NCBI GenBank assembly: GCA_018676855.1
Contig: JABHDY010000004.1
Coordinates: 28,972 to 92,971 of the forward strand
Length of the DNA stretch: 64,000 nt
Direction: 5' to 3'
Source: Candidatus Woesearchaeota archaeon
Lineage (GTDB): Archaea > Nanobdellota > Nanobdellia > Woesearchaeales > GW2011-AR9
The notes under the pieces were generated by a model. It was not told the origin of the DNA. It saw only the letters and a program-made list of their open reading frames with translations, and did not search any database. Position 1 is the first letter of the stretch; every line of letters starts with the position of its first letter. Of the stretch, positions 18,831 through 26,409 are shown one piece after another. A program made the position numbers and the translations under genes.

Positions 18831-21820
18831 ACAGAATGTTGCGTACCACCAAGTTCAGTGTACGCTTGTTCAATTTCTTTATCGTTCCATGTTGTTTGAT
18901 CATGTAATACTTTTTGTATACCTTCATCAGAAACGCCCATTGCTCTTTCTTTAGATATCCATTCTTTCAGTTCATCAAAGTTTGACGCACCACCACGAGA
19001 TTTGAGGAAGTGGATAACAATAAATATAATAATTACCAAGATAATGAATGCGCCGCCACCAATAATGTAATATTTGTAATCGTCCCAAATTTTTACTGTT
19101 GAAACTGGTTCCTGAACTGAAGGTTGTGTAGGTTGCACGTACGGTGGTTGCATCTGTTGCGATATTGAAGCTGGTGCTGGACCAGGAACAACCGTTTGTG
19201 AACATGATTTTGAAAGTGTTGGTTTTAACGATGTTACGCCACAACTATGTTCATCAACACACGTTCTTTGCTGTTGACCTGCACCACATGTTGACCATGC
19301 TGAACATACCCATGATTGTGTACATGCTTCACATGAACGATTTTCTATACGTTGTGTTCTTCTTCCTCTTGAATCTGTACATGTACGTACTTGTTCCAAT
19401 GATGCGTCACAATATTCCCATGTTGAACAAGCCCAACTAGAACTACGTCGAGTACTTCCGCCAGTACTTGGACTTCCACTATCTCCAGCTTCTTGTATTA
19501 CAGTTGGATCAACAGGAGGAACGCATACATTTTCTGTACATACCTCACCTTCAAGAGTACAATCAGTATCTGCTTCACACTCTTCAGGTATTTTACACAA
19601 GTTAACTACACATTCTTCTTCTGGAATTACACACTCAGCATTTGTTGAACATAAAACGTCTTCAGTACACACACTTGGTTCACCGGTACATGTCCAACCA
19701 GTTTCAAGTGTACATGTTGCTGAACAACCATCATCAGCATCTTCATTACCATCATCGCACGCTTCGCCAGTTTCTTCAACATCATTTCCGCATACTGCTT
19801 CACTTCCTGGATCAATTGATGCAATGCATGCACCATCAGAACAACCATTTTCACATAACACAGGATCTTCTAAGTAAGGACCAGTACATATTTGTAACGC
19901 AGAATCTAAATAACATGTATCTTCTGTACATGGAGATTTACATATTTCATCTACACAGACATTATTTGTATCTTCACAAGGAACTTCATCTGAACATGAT
20001 TCAGGAACAAAACAAGCAACTGCACAATCTGAATCGTCACAGTCAACGTTTCCATCACCATCATCATCTAATTCGTCATCGCAGACAGTTTCAGTTACAG
20101 GAGCAACTGAACAAATACCTGCACCATGACACGTTTCACCATCTGCACAATCTTGAGGAGTTGCTAAATATTCGTTCGTACATGCCCTTGACGCAGACGC
20201 ACCATAACATATATTTTCTTCACATGAGACTCTACATTTACCTGCAACACACGTATCTTCACCACAATCATCATCTGATGTACATTCTGTTTCTTGGAAA
20301 CAAGCAACAGCGTCAGAACAATCACTATCATCACAATCAGTAGTACCATCAAGATCATTATCAGTTTCATCATCACAGACAGATTCAAACTGAGAACATA
20401 TTCCTGCACCGTGACATGTTTCACCATCTGCACAATTTTCAGGAGCTGATAAATAATCGCCTGAACAAACGCTTGACGCCGATTCACTATAACATGCATT
20501 TGCTACGCATGGAGTAAGGCATGTTCCTAAACAAACATCTCCTGCAAGACATTCATCGTTTGATGTACATTCTGTTTCTTCGTAACAAGCTGCATCGCCA
20601 GTACAATCAGTATCTAAACAATCAATATTTCCATCATTATCATTATCAGTTTCATCGTTACATATTTCTGGTGATGGTGGAACAAGACTTTCAACACAAA
20701 ATGAATATGTTGCACAATCACTATCATCACAGTCTACCAAATCGTCATTATCATTATCTTGACCATCTTCACAATGTTCAATATTTGTAAGTCTTCGTTC
20801 TAATAATTCTACATTGCCCAAACTTCCTTCAATTTCGTCAATAAGATTTTTGTAGTCCTCTTCAGATAATTGTAATAGGTTACATTCATTCGCAATTTCT
20901 TTAAATGAATCTGCTTCTTCTCGTAACACATTTAGAAGGAAATTCTTTAACAATGCAGTTTGTGACAGTAACGAATCAATATATTTCGAATCTCGTGGAT
21001 GAATTTCAAGCTGGAACAATTTATCTTTTGATAAATCATGTTCATCTTTCAGACTGTTTAATTTAGTTTGTAATTTATCTTGGTCACATTTGTCTTCATT
21101 TACACAAACATCATTAGTAAAACAGTCTGGGTCAGCACAGTCAATTAAACTATCATCATCATTATCAATTTCATTTGTACATGTTTTTTCAACATCACGC
21201 ACAATGACAAACGTATCGCCTACTGAACGTGCAAGGTCTCGCGGATTTTCTTCAAATGAAGTAATGTTAAATTCTGTTAGTGATAAGTTATACCAACCAG
21301 GACCCGCATTTTCAACGTTTAAATTTCCTATTTCAAACGTACCACTTTGAAGATTTTGATAATCAATAGTTGCATGTTCAAATTCAACAATAGTATTTTG
21401 ACATGAAACTGTTTTAAAATCGTCTGACCACTCAAGTGAACTTGTTACAGACTCATCACAAGTGTCAGAACCTAGACCTTCATGTTCCAATATAAACCGG
21501 ACAGCTGACGTTTCATCTCCAACAACAAGGTTGGCTTTAATTGGTATAGTAGCATCATCGCCCCTATACAAAACATTATCTTCCAAAAATAAACCTACCT
21601 TTGGAAGTGATAGTGGCGTAATTTCAGCAGGCTGAATTGCTTTTCCCACAAACGTATCTGTAAAGAACAAGAACATTGAAATTGCAATAAGTAACACTAC
21701 AGTAATGATAGCAATAATGTACGGTTTCCGTATCTCTCCCCGTTCTGCAAGTGGGTGAGGTTCCCAACTATGTGGAGGAAGTTTCTTGTACCGTTTCTTT
21801 ACCGTTTTTTGTTGTATCAT
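18827..21820 (-). CDS. Giant Cys/Asp-rich type I membrane surface protein, 997 aa. It has a cohesin-like N-domain, 3 tandem ~90-aa Cys-rich modules, a Myxococcus-type Cys repeat, TSP1-like repeats, a C-terminal TM helix and a cytoplasmic tail.
   Basis: The N-terminus has a basic stretch, a TM helix and the motif FFTDTFVGKAI. Repeated CDDETDNDxDGxxDCDDSDC...CADGETCHGAGICS modules are present. A Myxococcus-type repeat reads CGNDVEETGEACDDGNEDADDGCSATC. A TSR-like segment reads CSAWSTCGAGQQQRTC. The TM helix near the C-terminus reads YYIIGGGAFIILVIIIFIVIHF. Confidence 0.8.
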   Translation of the reverse strand: MIQQKTVKKRYKKLPPHSWEPHPLAERGEIRKPYIIAIITVVLLIAISMFLFFTDTFVGKAIQPAEITPLSLPKVGLFLEDNVLYRGDDATIPIKANLVVGDETSAVRFILEHEGLGSDTCDESVTSSLEWSDDFKTVSCQNTIVEFEHATIDYQNLQSGTFEIGNLNVENAGPGWYNLSLTEFNITSFEENPRDLARSVGDTFVIVRDVEKTCTNEIDNDDDSLIDCADPDCFTNDVCVNEDKCDQDKLQTKLNSLKDEHDLSKDKLFQLEIHPRDSKYIDSLLSQTALLKNFLLNVLREEADSFKEIANECNLLQLSEEDYKNLIDEIEGSLGNVELLERRLTNIEHCEDGQDNDNDDLVDCDDSDCATYSFCVESLVPPSPEICNDETDNDNDGNIDCLDTDCTGDAACYEETECTSNDECLAGDVCLGTCLTPCVANACYSESASSVCSGDYLSAPENCADGETCHGAGICSQFESVCDDETDNDLDGTTDCDDSDCSDAVACFQETECTSDDDCGEDTCVAGKCRVSCEENICYGASASRACTNEYLATPQDCADGETCHGAGICSVAPVTETVCDDELDDDGDGNVDCDDSDCAVACFVPESCSDEVPCEDTNNVCVDEICKSPCTEDTCYLDSALQICTGPYLEDPVLCENGCSDGACIASIDPGSEAVCGNDVEETGEACDDGNEDADDGCSATCTLETGWTCTGEPSVCTEDVLCSTNAECVIPEEECVVNLCKIPEECEADTDCTLEGEVCTENVCVPPVDPTVIQEAGDSGSPSTGGSTRRSSSWACSTWEYCDASLEQVRTCTDSRGRRTQRIENRSCEACTQSWVCSAWSTCGAGQQQRTCVDEHSCGVTSLKPTLSKSCSQTVVPGPAPASISQQMQPPYVQPTQPSVQEPVSTVKIWDDYKYYIIGGGAFIILVIIIFIVIHFLKSRGGASNFDELKEWISKERAMGVSDEGIQKVLHDQTTWNDKEIEQAYTELGGTQHSV
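19840..20660 (-). repeat. Three tandem ~270-nt intragenic repeats encoding the Cys-rich CxDExDNDxDG...CADGETCHGAGICS module.
   Basis: The protein-level repeats ...CNDETDNDNDGNIDCLDTDC..., ...CDDETDNDLDGTTDCDDSDC... and ...CDDELDDDGDGNVDCDDSDC... are each followed by a near-identical CADGETCHGAGICS. Nucleotide similarity between copies is visible. Confidence 0.6.
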
Positions 21821-24393
21821 TGTTCTTGAGTTTGAGCATATTCTGAAAGATAATATGCAATCTTAGTTAATTTAATAATCATTGAATCGTCTGATTTAAG
21901 TGTTGTATACACATTTTCAAGGAATTGTTTCTGATCTGAATCTTCTACTATAAGGACTGTAAGAGTTTCTGTTCCAAGTTCAATATCTTGTAATGCCACC
22001 ATTGGCGATTCTGAACATGAAGAATAATCCGTTATGGTTGGCCAACCATCAGGACATGATTGAATTGTATCGAAAAAGTTTCCACTTCCCATATTTTCTG
22101 AAGACCCTGGTGGAAATGTTGCACTAGGAGGGCAGGAAACGTCATCATTTGTATTGTCACAAAAAGTATTCCCATCAAATGAGTTGCCTGTTGTTCGTTC
22201 AAGTTTTACACCAAACATGTTATTGATAAAATTATTTCCTTCCAATATATTGTCAATACTAATGTAATCTTCAGAACCAGGAGTACCCTCCGGCCTGTCC
22301 CATGAAATAAATGCACCGTTGATAAAACCACTGACTTTACAGTTCTTTACAGTAACTGAAGATGCAAGTTGTAAACTTATTCCAGTACCCCTTTCACCAG
22401 GACCAGTAATTGAATGGCCCTGACAATCAATGACGATATTGTCTGCATCCGGTTCAAAACATCTATTATTATCATCCAAGTCTGTAACATCCAAATCTTT
22501 TGTTACTTTGTATACTGTTCCTTCTTCCCATCCATTTCTAGGAGTACAACTATCAAGAAGAACAATTTCTGAAGATTCTAATACGAAAAATTCTTTAAGT
22601 TCAATTGAAAGTCCGTCAATCAAATCTTGTGTTCTTACACTATCTTGTAATCTTTTGTACATCCGTGCAAGAAGATAATTCTCACCTTTTTCATTATCTA
22701 TTTCAACAAAACGAGTGTATTCCCCATTAATAATTGTCCAACCATCTTCAATTTGGCAGATATCACTACATCCATCATTATTTTCAGTGTTACCATCATC
22801 ACACTGTTCTGTACCTTCACGGATACTATTCCCACATACAAATTCTTGACATGTACCTTCACGACAGCCTGACAACCCTTCACATATATTATCTGTTTTT
22901 TCAAGTTGTAACAAATCATTACATGAATATGTTACTTGTGCACTATTATCATCTGAACAATGGCTCGTTATAAAACCAGAATCAGACGTTCCATCAACAG
23001 TACGAGTATATCGTATTTGACCAGGCGTATCTGTCTCTTGACATATTGCTGGCATTTCACATTGTAAATCATATCCACAATAATATCCATCAGGACATTC
23101 AACACCGTTACATAAAGATTTCAGTTCACAACCATTTTCTATTGAATTGTCAGCATTTTCCCAACCAGTACGACACGAACAAAGGCCGTCAATTAATGTC
23201 ATATGATCACTACATGGAGTGTCGTCACACACATTTCCTTCACCATCATTATCACTATCTTCTTGAAGAATATTTTCCTGTTGAGGACAATTATCTTCTG
23301 AATCCTGAACTCCATCATTATCGCTATCAACGACACATCTTCCATTATCTATACACATTGTATCTGTAGGACATGATTCTAAATCTCCCCAGAATAGTTC
23401 GTCATCAAACGTTTTACACGTTTGAAATAATGTAATATCATCGCCTGAAACGCACCGTTTCTGAGCAAATTCTGTACACTCTTCTGTTCCGACAAATTGT
23501 GCAATGTTAAGACAAATAGCATTTTCTGTACAGTCATCATCGTTACAGTCTGTCCAACCGTCACCATCATTATCTTGGAGATCATTACATAGAATTTCAA
23601 TAACTTCTGGAACTTCTAAAGTGCACGTTGACGAACAACCATCACCATCAACTGTATTTCCATCATCACATTCTTCAAGAGCTTCTGTAACACCATTACT
23701 ACATAGTGCATCTGAAGGACCTTCTTCATCTGCAGCTGCCAAAACAGTAACAGTAGTTTCTATTGGTGAAACTAAACTTTGAGCAGAAGGATTGTTTAAA
23801 TCATACATAGTAAAGGAAGTAAACTCAAAATTTATAGGAACACTTTCGGTAGGTTCTTCATCAACCATTACAGTGATATATCCTAAATCCATTTTTCCTG
23901 AAATTGCATTTCCACAATCATTTGTTTCAGAACATAGGCCAGCAAACGTAACAGAGATAGTATCGTCAGTAGATTTAATATAATTAACAATAGTAAGATC
24001 GATACCCTCCCTTTCATAAAAGAAATTATCATGAACAGGTTCAATAATTCTAGAATAGTCAACTTTTGTTGAATCATAATCGTGTTTTAACGCAAACTGA
24101 AAAGCAACAGATTTTTTTCCTACTGGTAAAGAAACTTGAATAGGAATAGTATATTCTGTCACGCCAGGTTCAACTTCTATCGTACCGCCTAAAACTGCAG
24201 CTTTTCCAACACCAACTTCGGTAGTGAACTCGATAGCTTTTCCAACAAACGTGTCTGTGAAGAATAATAATCCCGCTAAACCTAGAAGTAAAACAACTGT
24301 AATAGCTGCTATGATTAAAGGTTTTTTATTTTTACCAGTACTTTGAGATACTGTTTTTGGGGTTCCCCGTGACACGTTCTGTTTTATTTTCAT
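21817..24393 (-). CDS. Giant secreted Cys-rich surface protein, 858 aa. It has a cohesin-like N-domain, Myxococcus-type Cys repeats, TSP type-3-like Ca-binding repeats, a parallel beta-helix and the conserved C-terminal helical motif.
   Basis: The N-terminal motif reads KKPLIIAAITVVLLLGLAGLLFFTDTFVGKAI. Myxococcus-type repeats include CDDGNTVDGDGCSSTC and CDDGNTENNDGCSDIC. The TSP3-like repeat reads DSDNDGVQDSEDNCPQ...DSDNDGEGNVCDD. The beta-helix repeats include NCKVSGFINGAFIS...GNNFINNMFGVKL...GNSFDGNTFCDN. The C-terminal motif reads ...FLENVYTTLKSDDSMIIKLTKIAYYLSEYAQ. It overlaps the downstream gene by 4 nt. Confidence 0.8.
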   Translation of the reverse strand: MKIKQNVSRGTPKTVSQSTGKNKKPLIIAAITVVLLLGLAGLLFFTDTFVGKAIEFTTEVGVGKAAVLGGTIEVEPGVTEYTIPIQVSLPVGKKSVAFQFALKHDYDSTKVDYSRIIEPVHDNFFYEREGIDLTIVNYIKSTDDTISVTFAGLCSETNDCGNAISGKMDLGYITVMVDEEPTESVPINFEFTSFTMYDLNNPSAQSLVSPIETTVTVLAAADEEGPSDALCSNGVTEALEECDDGNTVDGDGCSSTCTLEVPEVIEILCNDLQDNDGDGWTDCNDDDCTENAICLNIAQFVGTEECTEFAQKRCVSGDDITLFQTCKTFDDELFWGDLESCPTDTMCIDNGRCVVDSDNDGVQDSEDNCPQQENILQEDSDNDGEGNVCDDTPCSDHMTLIDGLCSCRTGWENADNSIENGCELKSLCNGVECPDGYYCGYDLQCEMPAICQETDTPGQIRYTRTVDGTSDSGFITSHCSDDNSAQVTYSCNDLLQLEKTDNICEGLSGCREGTCQEFVCGNSIREGTEQCDDGNTENNDGCSDICQIEDGWTIINGEYTRFVEIDNEKGENYLLARMYKRLQDSVRTQDLIDGLSIELKEFFVLESSEIVLLDSCTPRNGWEEGTVYKVTKDLDVTDLDDNNRCFEPDADNIVIDCQGHSITGPGERGTGISLQLASSVTVKNCKVSGFINGAFISWDRPEGTPGSEDYISIDNILEGNNFINNMFGVKLERTTGNSFDGNTFCDNTNDDVSCPPSATFPPGSSENMGSGNFFDTIQSCPDGWPTITDYSSCSESPMVALQDIELGTETLTVLIVEDSDQKQFLENVYTTLKSDDSMIIKLTKIAYYLSEYAQTQEQ

Positions 24394-24408
24394 TTCAAAT
24401 TATTATAA

Positions 24409-25311
24409 TTATGACCAAGTATGCTCACGCAATATTTGTGCAATTGCAGATATTTTTTGAAGGACATTATTTTCTTCCTCTTTTAAAACAGAATAAATTC
24501 TATTTAATAAATCCTGTTCGGCCACATCACCATCTTCAAATACCATTCCTAGTTTGCATACACCATCAACATTTACTTCTTTTGTTCCGCATTCAGTAGA
24601 TGTAGGTTGAGGTTCGCCTGCAGGAGGAACAACTTCTATATCTACACATTCTCCGCCAACTGCATTACATTCTTGATCAGAAGGACAACCAGTAGGAGCT
24701 ATACGTTCATTTCCTGGACACCTATTACCAGCAGTACATTCAGAAGCATCAAATGCATTACAAACAGGAGCAACTTCTATATCTACACACTGACCAACAC
24801 TACATTCTTGACCAGAAGGACAACCAGTAGCAGGAATAACAACATTATCTGGACATAGCCAGCCATCTGTACATTCAGTTACAGGTAATGCGGTACATGT
24901 TGGAGTTACAGACTCAACTTGAACCACAGGGAAAGAAGCTTCCTCTTGACCTGCTGCAGTATTAGCTTGAATTCCAGTAATTGCTAATGTAAAAGATGCA
25001 GAAGCGTCAAAGTTTAATGTTCCTGTAAATGTATCTGGAGACAAAGCAAATACTCCAATTGCAGGAGGGGACTGAGTTAAGTCACTAATATCAATAAATG
25101 GACTAAAACTTACTGAACTTAATGTTGCAGAACCAGAACTTACTGTTGCACTAAAACCTGAAATAGATGTCGTTCCAGAACTTATTTCACAAGCAACCGG
25201 ACCCCCACCATCTGGAACAGTTCCACAATTTACTGTGAAGTCGACAGCAAACGCAGAACTAACTAAAAGTAATGCAACCAACAAATAAATTTTATATCTT
25301 TTTATCATCAT
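24409..25311 (-). CDS. Secreted Cys-rich protein, 300 aa, with two tandem Cys modules and the conserved C-terminal helical motif.
   Basis: It has a classical signal peptide (MMIKRYKIYLLVALLLVSSAFA). Two ~45-aa repeats read TxCxxxxxxECTxGxxCPxN...GCPSxQEC...CVDIEV. The C-terminus reads DLLNRIYSVLKEEENNVLQKISAIAQILREHTWS. Confidence 0.7.
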   Translation of the reverse strand: MMIKRYKIYLLVALLLVSSAFAVDFTVNCGTVPDGGGPVACEISSGTTSISGFSATVSSGSATLSSVSFSPFIDISDLTQSPPAIGVFALSPDTFTGTLNFDASASFTLAITGIQANTAAGQEEASFPVVQVESVTPTCTALPVTECTDGWLCPDNVVIPATGCPSGQECSVGQCVDIEVAPVCNAFDASECTAGNRCPGNERIAPTGCPSDQECNAVGGECVDIEVVPPAGEPQPTSTECGTKEVNVDGVCKLGMVFEDGDVAEQDLLNRIYSVLKEEENNVLQKISAIAQILREHTWS

Positions 25312-25323
25312 TTTTCACCTCTA

Positions 25324-26409
25324 TTAAGAGCAACTATTTATTGTAAATCCAGGCACACCAAATGAAACACGAGCAATTAAAATAGCATCATCTAATGAAA
25401 CGGTCCCTGAACAATCAGCGTCCGAATTTGCTGAATCTTGTAGTGAATATCCAGGCACGCCAAATGAAACACGGGCAACTAAGATCGCATCAGCAAGATT
25501 TAGAGTTCCATCACCATCTGCATCACCTAATACAATATTGGATGGTGCAACATTACCACTCCAACTTGTCTGACTTCGTGCAACATCACACATTTTAAGT
25601 GGATCTTGTGGATATACATCTTGATCAGTATAACAAACACCGCCAATTAAACAAGTATTTGCATTAAGTGGATACGTACACGTTTCATCAGTACAAACAT
25701 CAGTTGTACATGACAATCCATCATTACAATCAGTATCTGCTCTACATTCTACACCAGGTTCAGGAACGTCAGGTTCAGGAACAGCAACACTTTCAACAAT
25801 AATTGTTGGACTAACAATACCCGTATCGAGAATCATATCAATAGGAGGTTGTGCAACATTATAAACATCAAATTTTGTAAATGTTAAATCATACTCACCC
25901 GTTACACTTTCCTGAAAAGTAATAGTAGCGATAGTAAATAAACCAGTTTTTTCATTTAGAGGATCAAATGTTGCTGAATCAAAACTAATTATACCATCAG
26001 CGCATGAAATATCTAATAAGTCTGTCCAACCTAAATCAGAAACTACTGAACTACTACACTCGGTTGACAAATCTAAACCATTAAGGTGAAGATCAAAAGA
26101 TACTGCAACAGTTTCAACATCAACGGGCAATTTAGCTTGTACTATAAGATCAAACTCATCATCAACAGTAACAGTATTATCTACCAAAAATATTCCTGCT
26201 GTATTATCAGTAATAGTACCTTCCAATTGAAAACTGATAGCCTTTCCTACAAACGTATCTGAGAAAAATAGTAATGAACCCAGTGCAACAAGTGCTACGA
26301 TAGTAATAATGCCAATAAGTAACGGTTTATTAACCTCTTTTTTATTTGAAACCTGATTTTGAGTTCTTTTTGAAACGTTTTTCTTCACCATTTTTATCCT
26401 CCCTCTCAA
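25324..26409 (-). CDS. Membrane-anchored surface protein, 361 aa, with a cohesin-like N-domain and a C-terminal two-repeat dockerin domain.
   Basis: The N-terminal motif reads NKPLLIGIITIVALVALGSLLFFSDTFVGKAI. The cohesin-like segment reads FLVDNTVTVDDEFDLIVQAKLPVDVETVAVSFDLHLNGLDLS. The C-terminus reads GDADGDGTLNLADAILVARVSFGVPG ... NSDADCSGTVSLDDAILIARVSFGVPG. These are two EF-hand-like DxDxDGxxNxxD loops, each followed by a helix, which is the canonical dockerin repeat architecture. Confidence 0.75.
   Translation of the reverse strand: MRGRIKMVKKNVSKRTQNQVSNKKEVNKPLLIGIITIVALVALGSLLFFSDTFVGKAISFQLEGTITDNTAGIFLVDNTVTVDDEFDLIVQAKLPVDVETVAVSFDLHLNGLDLSTECSSSVVSDLGWTDLLDISCADGIISFDSATFDPLNEKTGLFTIATITFQESVTGEYDLTFTKFDVYNVAQPPIDMILDTGIVSPTIIVESVAVPEPDVPEPGVECRADTDCNDGLSCTTDVCTDETCTYPLNANTCLIGGVCYTDQDVYPQDPLKMCDVARSQTSWSGNVAPSNIVLGDADGDGTLNLADAILVARVSFGVPGYSLQDSANSDADCSGTVSLDDAILIARVSFGVPGFTINSCS

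Noticed and set aside
19642-20343. Long plus-strand ORFs rich in His/Gln/Leu/Tyr (19642..20343, 20521..20790, 22734..22973, 23046..23369, 19144..19440).
   Set aside because: They lie antisense to the Cys/Asp-rich giant genes. GAT/GAC/TGT codons read in reverse as ATC/GTC/ACA and related triplets, which gives stop-poor low-complexity shadow frames. They have no start context or motifs.
21632-26270. Interpreting the conserved N-termini as class III (type IV pilin) signal peptides.
   Set aside because: The basic residue is followed by P-[LY]-I-I rather than [GAS] directly before the hydrophobic core. The conserved G-K-A-I lies after the hydrophobic stretch. That placement fits a type I signal-peptidase site or a juxtamembrane motif rather than a prepilin peptidase site.
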